From Felis catus (Eukaryota), in NCBI RefSeq assembly GCF_018350175.1, contig NC_058368.1, forward strand, positions 167,774,001 to 167,838,000: DNA of 64,000 nucleotides. The letters are read 5' to 3'. Below the pieces are notes generated by a model that was not told the DNA's origin, made no database searches, and was given only the letters and a program-made list of their open reading frames with translations. Each line of letters begins with the position of its first letter. Within the stretch, counting starts at the first letter, position 1. Made by a program: the position numbers and the translations under genes. Shown here piece after piece: positions 23,899-37,019 of this stretch.

Positions 23899-23990
23899 TC
23901 TGCAAGGAAACCCTTGAGTCTTGAAACCGAAGTCTGAATACAGCCTCTGCAAGGAAACCCTTGAGACTTGAAACTGAAGTCTGAATATAG
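23899..23990. repeat. 47-bp tandem duplication (2 copies)
   Basis: tctgcaaggaaacccttgag(t/a)cttgaaac(c/t)gaagtctgaata(c/t)ag starting at 23899 and 23946. Confidence 0.95.
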
Positions 23991-25919
23991 GGCTGTATGT
24001 CCTCCTAGGTGGTGGGAATGGTATTATTAAACTTCTTTCCGTACTGTGGATTTGGGGCAGCTCAAGTTGTGATTGAGGTCGGAAGACCACATGTGTGTTA
24101 AATGGAGAGAAATACTAGGATAAAATTCGGTAAACACACAGCAGGCCCAATTCATTCAGTGCACATGTGTTTATTTACTAGGTGAGGTGCCCATGAGGTC
24201 AGATAAAAAGAGAGACACGAGGGGGTGTGAAGGGCATTGTGGTGAAAATTGGCAGCATGAACAAGGAGAAGGGAAGCATGATCTTTTTCGCACTGTAAGG
24301 CACCAAAATTCTACGAACCAAAGCCAGTTAAACAGGGATGTCAAGTGTTGCGAGGTGCTGGGTTCAAAAATAAGATATAAAATCATTAATGTCAAAATCT
24401 ACCACTCATCGCACTTGACACTTTTAATGACAACTCGTTTCCTCACCCCGGCTAGAACCCAGGGCAGAGTCCACATCTGTTTTATCTTTATTTCCCGGCA
24501 TCCCACACAGTGCTTTGCTCACAGTTACTCCCATAAAGATGGGCCAACTGAATGAATGCTTATACCCAGACCATCTCTAGCTTGTAATCCACAGGCAGAT
24601 AGGGTGTTTGTATTTTTCATCCATATGCCTTCCCAAGAGCCTAGAACAGTGCTCTGCCCTGAAGGTGCTTGAATGAATGCTGAGCCAGTTGAGAACCCTT
24701 TGATACTCAATTCTTTTCCTGATCCAGGCCTCCCCTAGTGCCCTTCTCCCAACCTGGCAAGGCTGAGTTGGGTCTCCTTCAGTGCCAAACACTCCTGTAA
24801 TCTAGCTGCTGAGCGTCTGTAGCATTTTGATATAATGCATTAAAACATTTCCTCAGCCAAGCGTTTTACACAACATAAAATATTTTCCTATGCTAATGTT
24901 TCTTTTATTGAGTTTTTTACAAAAAAAAAATTATCACACATTCTACGGATATTCAGCAACACTTACTCAACTGAAACACAAAATAAAATTACAGAAACAC
25001 CAAATACAGACATTCTCTCAAATTAACCGGAAAGAACTTATTGTTAGTGAAGAATAAATGCCACAAGGTAAACTGCAGCACAGTGCTTGGCTAGGGCTCT
25101 CTTCCATCAAGCATCATCACATTGGTGGGGGACCTCACCGGTGGGTCAGTTCTACTGTCCCTTTATCTGCTGACCCAGCACCCAGGACTGAGCACTTCAA
25201 GTTTAAGTCATAGAAGAGGGTTTACACTGTAGCTCCAGGCTCCACAAAGCAGACAGATGCTACACATTGTACAGCCTCAAATGAATGGAAATGAGGAGGA
25301 TATGTAGACTTGGCAAAAGCTACTGGGTTGAGAGAACACTCCCTGCCAGAGGAAAGTAGAAGTGGCCTCACTCTGGGGAAGGACCATTGCCTGGGAAGAA
25401 GATGATATGGAGACGTCAGAGGTGAGCAGATATTAAAGATCTGTGCATGGAGGTGAGACTGTGACAAGGAAGAGGTGTAGGGAGCATGTCAGATAGGAGG
25501 TCAGTGAGGGGACGTTATGTGGAGGTGCCTCTGTTCTGGGAAGTGAGGTCCAAGCTTGTGTATGGCACTCAGGGAAGACTTCGAGTAGAGTAACTGTGCA
25601 AAGCTTAACTCTTTATGCTTCCATTTGCAACTGTGAATCCCACCAGTTTGGACCCCTGTGAGTCACAGGCCAAGGACCTGTTGGACCCTGGCCAACAGGG
25701 TTAATGGCGCTTGTGCATGCATATATGCGTCATATCTGATCCTCGAAATCACCCACAAATTTGTCGTGAGTATTTTACTTCTGCTTGACAGATGAGGAGG
25801 CCAAGGACCAGGAAGTTTGAATAGCTTGCAAAATGTTGTCCTCCATTGAGAGAGGGAAGTCACACTGGATTCAGTTCCTCCGACCACTCACCCACTGGTC
25901 CTCTCTCTTATTTCCGTTA

Positions 25920-26195
25920 CATCTCTGTTCAGATTTCACCCTTTCATTGAAGGTTTCCCTGATCACCATTTATAAGTAGGAACCTCACTCCACATCAGCA
26001 CCTCTTTCCCCTTTCCCTGCCCCCAAACTTATGACGCTCAGAAATACTAATACTTCCTTGTCTGCTGTTTACTGATCTCTCTTCCTCCCCCACCACAATG
26101 TGGAGTCAACGCAAGAAGGATTTGTCTATTATATTTACTGCTATATCCTCCCAACCTAGAACAATGCCTGGCACATCACTCTTGCCTAATCTTAT
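25920..26195 (+). mobile_element. LINE-2 3' end fragment
   Basis: tttgtctattatatttactgctatatcctcccaacctagaacaatgcctggcacat. Confidence 0.65.
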
Positions 26196-27271
26196 TTGAC
26201 ATGTATGGACCAGGACTTCTGAATCATCTGGGGATCTTGTGCAAATGCAGATTCTGATGCCTGGGATAGGGCCTGTGGTGCTGATGTGGCCTGTCTGGGG
26301 ACCGTCTTCCACGAAACCTGGCGTTCCTTTAGCTCAGATTGGGTAGTGGGCGGAGATGGCCATAGAAGAGGGTGAGGCAGGGGCAGAAAGGAGGAGAATA
26401 ATCAAAACGAATCCTGTATAAATAATTTTCTAATCTCAGTAATTCGTCTTTGATCTCATGAGCATCTTGAATGTGTGATATTTCTAAATTACAAACCCCA
26501 CAGCACTCTGACCAGCCACCAAGCCTCAGATCCACCAGCTTCCCTGAAGAACACTTTAGAAGTTGTTCTGCAGTGGAAAACCTGGTTCAGTTGCTAAGCA
26601 CACCTTAAAAACAGAAACGCCTCGAAGGCTGCGGCCAAAGAAACCAACTCTCTCAAACAGGGATTTTCTTTAGGGTCTGTTTGGCAAACACGTATGTTTC
26701 TTACTTTGAGGCAGGTCATGTCAGCAGTTTAATTTAAGACATCAAATGAGAAACAATCTGTCTGGTATAACCTTTTGCCGGTGAAATGAACAGCCTCTGA
26801 GCCAGCTCCCAGAGAACACTCTCATTATCCTGGTCTCCGTGACATGGGACATATTGTCTCTTTTCTTGACTTGACCTTAACACATCACTGATGCAAAACA
26901 TATTTCTAGTTTGAAAAATAGTCATCTAGAAAATAAAACCATTTCATCGTCTCAGCAACAGTTCTGAGCCTCAGCACTGTTGAAAATGTGTTTTATTTGT
27001 TTGATTTGTACCACTGACTGGTTCTAGCCTCTTAAAAAATTAGGGAAATATTTGTGAGCAGAGAGGTACACTGAAAAAATTTATTCTTTCCATTCCAAAC
27101 ATAAGGTCAGCAGACTAAGATCAATGGGAACATGGATTCTTTGATTTTGATCACCAAAGTTTCTTGGAAACTCAAGGAGAAAGAGGGTGTTGTTTGGAAG
27201 TGAAGATTCATGATCAAATTAAAGGGGAAAATATATGAAATCTCTAAAACTCTTTAAAATAGCAAAAACGT

Positions 27272-27486
27272 GGGGCGCCTGGGTGGCTCAGTCGGTTAAG
27301 CAGCCGACTTCGGCTCAGGTCATGATCTTGCGGTCCATGAGTTCGAGCCCCGCATCGGGCTCTGTGCTGACAGCTCAGAGCCTGGAGCCTGCTTCAGATT
27401 CTGTGTCTCCCTCTCTCTGACCCTCCCCCGTTCATGCTCTCTCTCTGTCTCAAAAATAAATACATGTTAAAAAAAATAAAAAAAAT
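27272..27486 (+). mobile_element. Can-SINE (SINEC_Fc-type)
   Basis: Full head and tail; perfect 16-bp TSD AAAATAGCAAAAACGT at 27256-27271 and 27487-27502. Confidence 0.96.
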
Positions 27487-27788
27487 AAAATAGCAAAAAC
27501 GTGACTTATATCGTGTAGAGTTCAGCGGAATGGGGGGAGAAAGATTAGGGTCCATTTAACTTAATGAGAGACTTTCATAGAGGAGGAAATTGTGGCTTGC
27601 AGAGGGAGACTTGCTCAAAAATATGTAGCTATAGTTGGAAGAGGCAGGACTAGAATTCAGGGCTCCTAGTTTGCAGGTTAATGACCTTTCCACTGCACTT
27701 ACTTTTTTTCCCTGACAAAAATCCTATACAATAGGTATGCTTGTATTTATTGGTGCATTAATTATATGAGGGCTTCACTGGACCTAGA

Positions 27789-28236
27789 TCAGTTAGGATT
27801 AGCATCAACTACCACCAACAATGGCTGAAATAAGATAAAAATTTATATTTCACTCATTTGAAAAAAGATTGGTGGTAGGCAGATCTGCTGTGGTAACTCC
27901 CCAGAAATTAGGGACCCCCACTCTTAACTTTTTGTTCCATCTTCCTATTGTCAATTCATGACCCAAGATGGATGCTGAAATTCCAACCATTATGTCCACA
28001 CTACATGCTGGAAGATGAGAAGAAAGATAAAGGGCAAAGGGTCTTTGTTTTGCTGTCTTTTTCTCTTTTAAGGAGGCTTCCACAAATTTCCAACAATTTC
28101 TTCATATATCTCACCAGCCAGAACTTATATTGCCTCAAGGGACAGTGGGAAAGATGACTCCACATCAAATTAGGGTTCTATTCCTGAGGAAGAAAGAGAA
28201 CATGGGTCTTTGGAGGCAATGAGTGGTCTCTGCCAC
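27789..28236 (-). mobile_element. MaLR LTR (MLT1J/K-like), degraded
   Basis: tcagttaggattagc…aatggctgaaataagata…catgacccaagatggatgctgaaattccaacca…gtctctgccac (reverse MLT1 layout). Confidence 0.6.
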
Positions 28237-28299
28237 TGGACAGTGTGTATATAGCATTGAAAGCACCCCTGTGGCATGTCTACATTTGGCTTCCTTAAA

Positions 28300-28845
28300 A
28301 TCAAAACATTAGGAGTTATGGTTCTGGGAGTGGTAGATCAGTTTGTCTTGGACTAACCGCTGCACAGAAAACAAACTCTGGGGGTAGAAACAAAAACAAA
28401 AACAAACCTCTTGACGTCACAGGAGAACACCCTAAAGTAAGCAACTATTAAAGGGAATTCAGCCATTTAAAGAAAGGAACCACACTCACTTGGGTGAGCC
28501 CCACCTTTACATGGCTTTTCCCCTGAGGGCACTCCCCAGTTGTCATGGTACCAAGATGGTTGGAACCTGAGCAGAAAGCTGCTATCTATAGACTTGAAGG
28601 CTCAGAGAAGCGTCCAAGAGATGGGACATTGAGCGGGGACATTCTGGAAATAAAAGACACCATCAGAACCTGCATACAAACTCTCCGACAATCCTTGGCT
28701 GAGTTCTGTTGTGTGCCTGCATGGGGAAGACCCCAGTAAAAGCCACAATTGGAAGGCTGGAAAGATTAAAAAGGCATTTCAGCTCTGCCAACACAGGCAA
28801 GAAAGCATTTGGAGTCTAAGTCCCTCCAAGTTAGAGGGACTTGGC
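28300..28845 (+). mobile_element. Old L1 5'UTR-like segment
   Basis: Resembles L1M 5' region sequence; contiguous with the ORF1 and ORF2 pieces that follow. Confidence 0.45.
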
Positions 28846-28859
28846 TATTATTTTTTAAA

Positions 28860-29470
28860 AATATGTTTTCCTCTCCTATTCTTTTCTTTTTTTTTCTTTG
28901 TCTGGGATTTGCACATGTATTAGGGTACTTGTACCACAGGCCACTGAGGCTTTGTTCTTTTTTCTTCCCTTAGCTTTTTTGCTTTCCATTCTTCGGATTA
29001 CATCATTTCTATTGCTATATATTCACACCCAGTGACTCTTCTGCCAACTCACATTTGCTCTTAAACCCATATTCAATGAATTTTCTATTTCAGATATTGT
29101 ACTTTTCAGTTCTAGAATTTCCATTTTTTAAAATATAGTTTCCATTTCTCTGCTAAGATTCCCCATCTGTTCACTCATTATGATCATTTTTTTTTCTCAA
29201 AGTACTAGGGCATATTTATAATAGTTTCTTTAAAGTTCTTGCCTGCTAACTCCAATATCTGGATCGTATCAGGTCTATTTCGACTAATTTTTTTTCTTGA
29301 GTGTGAGTCAGCTTTTCCTTCCCCTGAACATACCTTTTAGTTATTTTTATTATACACAGGATCTTGTAGATCATATGTTACAGAGTTTCTGTCTTCTGTT
29401 ATCTTCCTGTGTTGACTTTTAACTTTTTTTCCTTTAGGCAGTTAGATTATTCGTTGATGACCTTGAACTC
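28860..29470 (-). mobile_element. Old L1 5'UTR-end/ORF1 segment, inverted
   Basis: Minus strand reads …gaacagatggggaatcttagcagagaaatggaaact…aaatggaaattctagaactgaaaagtacaatatctgaaat…, the L1M ORF1 coiled-coil region; T-rich on + strand between A-rich flanks. Confidence 0.75.
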
Positions 29471-30390
29471 GTGAGAGAGAGTTAGAGAGAAAACACAAGT
29501 CACTAATAGCAGGATGGAAAAGAGGTATCATTATAGATCCTACAAACATGAAAAAAAACTAACAAGCGACTATGGACGATTTTATGACAATAAATTCTAT
29601 AACTCAGATGCAATGAAGAAAAAATCCCTTGTGTTATGCTAACACAAGAGAAAAGAAAAAAATGGAAAACCTCACAGAGAAACTATAGGCCCTATGATTT
29701 CACTGGAGAGTTCTTTCAACCGTGTAAGAAACAAATAATACCAATTTTACATAGTCTTTCAGAAAATAAAGAAATATTACAAGGTCATAATATAACAGAT
29801 ACAAATAAATGTGAGAATCTATATGATTATATAATTAATTTAAAAGGAATTTCTTCAGGATAAAGAAAAATGATATTAGAAGAAAATAAGTCATTACTAT
29901 GTAATGAGGATCACCAGAAATAATAAATATGAGGGTAGATATTAAAAGATTAAGAAAAACATTTGACAAAATTCAACACTTGTTTGCAATAAAAACTCTC
30001 AGGAACTAAAAATAGAAGTGAATCTTGACAACCTTATGGAGGTCATCTACAGAACCTTATAGCTAAGAACATAATTGTGAATGACTAAATGCTTTCCCCC
30101 TCAGATCAGGAACAAGGATGTCAGCTCTCACCAGGTCTATTCAATATTCAACTGGGGCTCATAAGCCAGTGCAATAAATCAAACAAAATAAATAAAAGGC
30201 ATAAATATTAGTAAGAAATAAGCACTATCCTTATTATTATGATATTTTGGACTAAAAAAATCCTAGGAATCTCCAAAACAACTAAGATGTAATAAGTAAG
30301 TTTAGCAAGGTTGTTAGATGCAAGACAATAGATAAAAGTAAACTACAATTCTATATACTAGTAGCAAACAATTTAAAAATAAAAAATTTA

Positions 30391-30603
30391 GGGGCACCTG
30401 GGTGGCTCAGTCGGTTGGGCATCCGGCTTCGGCTCAGGTCATGATCTCATGATTTGTGAGTTCGAGCCCTGTGTCGGGCTCTGTGCTGACAGCTCAGAGC
30501 CTGGAGCCTGCTTCGGATTCTATGTCTCCCTCTCTCTCTGCCCCTCCCCTGCTCATGTTCTGTCTGTCTCTCTCTCTAAAATAAATAAACATTAAAAAAA
30601 TTT
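30391..30603 (+). mobile_element. Can-SINE (SINEC_Fc-type)
   Basis: TSD AAAAATAAAAAATTTA at 30375-30390 and 30604-30619. Confidence 0.95.
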
Positions 30604-30813
30604 AAAAATAAAAAATTTAAATTCCATTTATAATAACATCAAAGTATGTAAAATACATAGGAATGATTTTAATAAAAGCAGTACAAGACCTCTATTCTTA
30701 AAGCTACAAAATATTGAGAATAATTAAAGTTTAATAAATGGAGAAATATGTTTATGGACTAGGAGGCTCAGTATTGTTGATAAGTCAATTATCCTTAAAT
30801 TTATCCAGACTTT

Positions 30814-30869
30814 TTTTTAAAGTTTATTTATTTTGAGAGAAAGTGTGCATGTGTGTGTGTGTGCACGCG

Positions 30870-30905
<36 letters not shown>

Positions 30906-31009
30906 GGAGTTGGGGATGGGCAGGGAGAGAGGGAGACAGAAAGAATCTCACAAACCGTGAGATGAAATCAAGGGTCAGATGTTTAATGACTGAGCCACCC
31001 AGGCGCCCC
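30814..31009 (-). mobile_element. Can-SINE, internally deleted, with expanded GT/CA tract
   Basis: Head tgagccacccaggcgcccc at right; TSD TATCCAGACTTT at 30802-30813 and 31010-31021; middle block (ctgtcagcacagagcc…) missing. Confidence 0.9.
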
Positions 31010-32694
31010 TATCCAGACTTTGAAATAAAATTCCAATTAAAGTTCTAATGGACCCTTAACATGGTTAAATTTAAAACACTGACAACATCAAATGTCAGGA
31101 TGTGGAGTAATAGGAACTCTCATTCATCAGTAGTGGTGGTGGTGGAAAATGGTATAACCACTCTAGAAAACAGTTTTTCACAAGGTCTATGTTCATATAC
31201 ATATTCTATCACTCAGCAATTCCACTCCTAGGTAGTTACCCAAGAAATTTCACTCCTATGAATATACCCCATAAGAAGAGTTGTACAAAGTTATTTACAG
31301 CTGCATTATAAATAGTAGTCAAAAACTGGTAACAAATTTCAACAGAATGGATTAAAAAATGTGGTATATTCATACAATGGACTCAGCAATGATTGATACA
31401 TATAACAGTGGGGATAAATCTCAAAAACAATTATGTGAGGGAAAGACATTATACCCAAAGGATATATACTGTATGATTCCATTTATAAGATGTTCAGTAA
31501 GAGGCAAACAGAATAGGGGATAGAAATCAGAACAATGGTTGTCTGTGGTAGGGTGAGAGGATTGAGGAAATTTCTGGGGTAGTGTATACGCACATATGTG
31601 TATATGTATACACAAACACACATTTACATTATATATTTTTTTTATAAATTATATAGCTTGTTTGTGGGCTTGTTACAAAAGTCTACACCTTTGTCACAAT
31701 GCAGAGAACTGTACCTTAATATATATGTATTTGCTTGTAGATGAACTACACTTCAATTGAAAAAATGGTATTTTTAAAACATGATTTCTCATGAGTTGGA
31801 TATCTGTTTTGGTTTAAGCAGGTCAAGTAAAAGCCCTCTTATTAGCAAATTTAGGACAGCTAGTTAGCTACTTAATTGAAAAAGTGTATTTAAATATCAT
31901 TTAAACATATATATGTTCATATATTTTTTCAGTATTTTAATATGAAACATATATACACATCTATATAAATATAAAACACATATATAAACACACATAACTT
32001 ATATACACATTTATACTAATATAAGACACACACATACACATTCAATGGCCAAGGCCATTTGTGTTCTACATTGTCATTCTTGTGTAAACCATCACCATAA
32101 CATACCATTTATGATTTCTAGTGTCAATTTCTTTAAAATGGAATAAGAAATTAAATTCATTGTGGAAGCAATCTAAATGCAAACTCCTTCTAGGTTTTTA
32201 TAATTTTTCCCACATTTGTGAGCTCTCACATCTTGTGAGCTCTGTAACTGACTTGAAAGATTTTTGTGTGTGTGTGCTTTTCCTTTCATCTCAATTTCCA
32301 AAGCACTCAACTTTGTTTTCATAGCAGAGAAGTGACACTCTCTTTTTCCCATTCTTATTTGATTGGTTTACATCATATTTAATTTAATTACATTGTCACA
32401 ATAACCATATAACCTTGCATTAAGGCACTGTTCAGATCCCTGTAACTTCTCATTTAAATCCAAGATAATGGCCTCCTTCCATACATCAAGATGTAATAAA
32501 GTCACAGGAAGGTAAAGCTTTGTTTTTTTAATCTATAAACCTCTTTCAGGGTCCCTCACCTTCCTTGCCCTCTTTGCATCGCTTTTGCCCCAACAGCTAT
32601 AATCCACAGTGAAACTGTGGCAACCCTCTCAGCCCTTTCCTATGTGCTTTCTTTTCTCTGAAATGGTTTAAAGATCTTTACAATCATTGTTTCC

Positions 32695-33271
32695 TAAGTG
32701 GCCAATAAACATGTGAAATGGTACCCAGCTTTTTAAATATTCTGGAGAATGCAGACTAAAGCCACGATAAGATATCACTACGTGGCAATCAGAAGGAAAT
32801 AAGTGATCACTAAGCACTTCCATACTCTGCTGATGGATTTGTGAACTGGCTCACCCAATTTGGAAAATGGTGTGGTATCATCTAATAAAATTGAAGATAG
32901 GCAAATAGTAGCACTTCCTCTCCTATGTCTGTATCTGGAGATGTGTGCTTATGTGCACTATGACACTTGTACAAGATTGGTTTTGGCAGTAGGATTTGTA
33001 ATTGTCCCAAACTGGAAACAAGCCAAATGCTTTTCAATAGCAGAATGGATAAATAGTAGTGCGTCCACACAACAGAATATTAAGTAGGAATAAAACCGTA
33101 TAAACTAGAGTTACACGCAATAAAATGGATGGATCCTAGAAACACTATCAAATAAAAAAGAAAGTCACAAAACAATACACACAATATGATTCTTTCATGC
33201 AAAGTTCAAAACCAGGCAAAACCAAACTATATTTTTTAAAGTTTTTTTAATGTTTATTTGTGTGTGTGTGC

Positions 33272-33313
<42 letters not shown>

Positions 33314-33725
33314 GGGAAAGATAATGAGTGGGAGAGGGGCAGAGAGAGGGAGACACAACATCTGAAGCAGGCTCCAGCCTCTGAGTTGTCAGCACAGAGC
33401 CTGATGTGGGGCTCGAACCCACAAACTGCGAGACCATGACCTGAGCTGAAGTCGGACACTTAACCGACTAAGCCACCCAAGCACCCATATTTTTAAGGAT
33501 GCATACAGGTAATACAGCAAAAATAACAAGAAAATGATTTGCATAGAGTCCAGGAGAGTGGTTGCATCTGGAGACAGGGTGATGCATGGGCCAGGGAGGG
33601 GGTACTTGTGGTGAGGGCTTCTAGGGTGCCAGTCATGCTCTATTTCTTGACTTAAGTGGAACTTAGTTCACAACTGTATTACATGAATGTGTTATATTCT
33701 GTTGTATTCACAGCAAAACGTTTTA
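32695..33725 (+). mobile_element. Old L1 (L1ME-like) 3' end, interrupted by Can-SINE
   Basis: gccaataaacatgtgaaatg…; cccaaactggaaacaagccaaatg…agaatggataaata; tgctctatttcttgacttaagtgg. Confidence 0.75.
33241..33486 (-). mobile_element. Can-SINE with (TG)n(GA)n tract
   Basis: ctctgagttgtcagcacagagcctgatgtggggctcgaaccc…agccacccaagcaccc; imperfect atattttt flanks. Confidence 0.93.
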
Positions 33726-34342
33726 AAACACAGAGTGTTTTCTATGTTTGGGGATCAGTTTCAAATATATAGTTAATCCTTACAGGCATGAAGATTCTGA
33801 TCACTAATTTTCTTAGACTGTTTGGTTAATGATTAGAGTGAAGTAGAGCTAAGAAGAAACAGGAACAGTAACATTCAACAGCAGGGAGAAGAGTAGAGAA
33901 GTGGACCACACATTCATTAGTATACATTTGAGGGAAGGCAGTCGTCTTAAGTTATCTAATAAAGAGGGGTGCCACTTAATTTCACATTAAGCCAAATTAT
34001 TTAAGTTATCTATAAGTGTACTTCCCAGTATTTGCCTCTCCACATCCATGAACCCCATATAGTAATTCAACTTTTGATTTGGAATAAAAAAAACATTAAT
34101 AAAAGCTTTATTGAAATCCAATTATCAAGATGTCTTTTCTCCCCCACTTTAGCCAGTAAGTGACTCAGTTGCAAGATGTTGCTTAAAATACCATAAAATT
34201 ATTTCTATTAACAAAATCAAGTTTGCTGAGATTTCTCCATTTATTTTAGCATTATTTGTAAAAATTACCGTTGTTATTAGCCACCGAGGACCATCAAGGC
34301 AGTATATATTTTTATAGCACTTCTTCTTAAAAAGCCCTTCTT

Positions 34343-34560
34343 GGGGCGCCTGGGTGGCGCAGTCGGTTGAGCGTCCGACTTCAGCCAGGTCACGATCTTG
34401 CGGTCCGTGAGTTCGAGCCCCACGTCAGGCTCTGGGCTGATGGCTCGAAGCCTGGAGCCTGTTTCCGATTCTGTGTCTCCCTCTCTCTCTGCCCCTCCCC
34501 CGTTCATGCTCTGTCTCTCTCTGTCCCAAAAATAAATAAACGTTGAAAAAAAAAAATTTA
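34343..34560 (+). mobile_element. Young Can-SINE (SINEC_Fc-type, CpG-rich)
   Basis: Perfect TSD AAAAAGCCCTTCTT at 34329-34342 and 34561-34574; most CpGs retained. Confidence 0.96.
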
Positions 34561-34707
34561 AAAAAGCCCTTCTTTAGGCACTACTTTTTCATCTTTCGTT
34601 GTTAATCACTAAAAACTTCAAAGAACAGAAGATTGAACAGACTGCCGTCAGTAGGCATCATTTATGACTGGATGTTACATATGAGCACATGTGCGTGTAC
34701 ACGCATG

Positions 34708-34731
34708 CACACACACACACACACACACACA
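34708..34731. repeat. (CA)n microsatellite
   Basis: Read directly. Confidence 0.9.
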
Positions 34732-36350
34732 GGGCCACAGACACACCACTGGGAGATTTAAGGCTGGAGAAAGAATCTGAGCGAGTGCCTGTCAGCCTGT
34801 CTCGCTAGGCATTCCCAGGTCACTCAATGTTAATGCCTCTCATGTCCAGATCTCTCAAGTGATGCCAAATGGGGAAAAGTACAAGAAACATCTATCACGT
34901 GGTGCATACAAGAGCCAAAACAAACACTTGCCCTTTGGGTGTTTCTCTTTTCTTGGACTGATGGCATCCATACATAGTTTTATTATCCAAGAAGAATCAT
35001 AAAAAGGGGGATGCTATTTGGAGTTGTTACAGAGATGATTTTACTGTGCTCAAGTTTATTTTCTGGAGATGGTTGCATTTCAGGGACTGAGGGAGCTATA
35101 TTGCTGCATTTATAACTACAAAATATATCAAGAAACTAGAAATAATTTTTAGAAGCATGATGCCCCAAACAGAAAGCAACCTAAAATCCACCACTGGTAA
35201 TATGGGTAAATCAACTGTTGGTTTATTCATATAATGAAGCAGATAGACTTGACCCTAAAACTTCTCGTTTCAGCGATAGGTTATCACATTATCAGACAAG
35301 TCTCTGTATCACTAAAAGGTTTGATACCAGATTTATCTGTGTAATTAAAAATGAAGTGATAACGAAAGGGTCCCCCACTGTTTTACAAAACAGTGTGGTG
35401 GTCCTTTGATTCCTGTGGTAATGACATGACAGGCCGCAAGAAATCCCATAGCTGCCTCACCACCACTTGGACAGCTGTTCTGCTCACAATTCCAACGACA
35501 GTCGGCTAGAAACCAGGAAGTTGGGCAACACTATGCTCCCAGCGCAGGAGAAGAGAAGGGTGAGTTACTGTGTTCCCCACCTCTGCCACCATTTAGACAC
35601 GGGATTGTGTAAACTCTGCTTTACACGGAGCTAACCTCCACTACCAAACCAGGAGGGAACCTCACAATTCTTGATAATCAATCATTTTAAACAAGGTATA
35701 TGACCCTTTTCCTTTAAAATTTAATAAGATATTTGATACAAAATATTTTTTTACATACATTATGAAGCAGATTAATAAAACAAAGAGTCTGAAGCCACTT
35801 TCAACTTATAAAATAGAATCTACAGATTCTTTTGAAGTCCCTTTGTGAGGTCCTATAATCCCAACCCACTGTCTGCTCCCCACAGAGGTAACCACCACTC
35901 TGAAATTTGGCAGTTGTTACCTTTATCTTTCCTCCTTTTTATAAATACATGTGTGTCCCTAAATAACAGCTTACTTAATTTTGCTTGTTTTCACTTAATT
36001 CTAGGATAGAACACACTTTAGGTTTTCTTCCTACCTTTCAGGTTATTCCACCTCAATTTCCTTGCTCTTCCAGTCTTCCAAATCTAGGCATGCCCAGACA
36101 CAGTCCTTAGACCTCTTTCCAGCTAAATTAATGGGTGATGACCAAGTATGATGGTTACAGACAGGTGCATACATGGTTTTAAATGCCACCGATAAGTCCC
36201 TCTTCTGAGCTGACCTTCCGTATCTGACTGCATACTCAACATACTCACTGAATGTCTAATAAGCATCTCAAAATCAACTCATCCAAAACTGAGACTTCGA
36301 TCTTCTCCAAAAATTTTTTTTCTTCTCCAAAAAGTGGAAACTCCACTATC

Positions 36351-36590
36351 TTTTTTTTTTAATTTTTAAATTTTACTTAAATCCAAGTTAGTTAACATAT
36401 AGTGTAATAATGGTTTCAGGAGTAGAATTTAGTGATTCATCACTTACATATAACACCTAGGGCACATCCCAAAAGGTGATCTCCTTAATGCCCATCCCCC
36501 ATTTAGTCCATCCCCCCACCAAACAACTCTCAGAGTGTTCTCTGTATTTAAAAGTCTCTTCTGGTTTGCCTGTATCCTATTTTATTTTTT
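36351..36590 (-). mobile_element. 5'-truncated carnivore L1 3' end with poly(A) tail
   Basis: Poly-T then ccaagttagttaacatatagtgtaataatggtttcaggagtagaatttagtgattcatcacttacatataacacc, the reverse of the carnivore L1 3'UTR end. Confidence 0.85.
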
Positions 36591-36801
36591 CTTCTGTGGG
36601 ATTAGAGAGATTGTTTGGAAAAGTCTCATACTATATCCATGTGTCTTAATCTCTCAGTCTTCCACATGGAAATTATCCATACAAAAGAAAAAAAAGGCTT
36701 TTCTTTAACTTCTGTTTCACTTTACTCAGATCTACCTTTCAGTTTGCAAATTCCCCCTTTGGCTGAATACCACTACTATTCAAGCCTTCCATCTTAATTT
36801 C

Positions 36802-37019
36802 TTTTCTGTTTTTAATTTTTAATGTTTATTTCTGAGACAGAGAGAGACAGAGCATGAGTGGGGGAGGGGCAGAGAGAGAGGGAGACACAGACTCAGAAGC
36901 AGGCTCCAGGCTCTGAGCTGTCAGCACAGAGCCCGATGCAGGGCTCGAACACACAAACCGTGAGATCATGACCTGAGCCGAAGTAGGACCCTCAACCGAC
37001 TGAGCCACTCAGGTGCCCC
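36802..37019 (-). mobile_element. Can-SINE (SINEC_Fc-type)
   Basis: TSD CTTAATTTC at 36793-36801 and 37020-37028. Confidence 0.95.

Larger units (their letters stand above)
29475..31760 (+). mobile_element. Old L1 (L1M) ORF2 and 3'UTR, degraded, interrupted by two Can-SINEs
   Basis: RT motifs: aaaacatttgacaaaattcaacac (KAFDKIQH-like, ~29955), gctttccccctcagatcaggaacaagg (AFPLRSGTR, ~30090), tttagcaaggttgttagatgcaag (FSKVAGYK-like, ~30300); 3' part cagcaattccactcctaggta and tactgtatgattccatttata. Confidence 0.88.
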
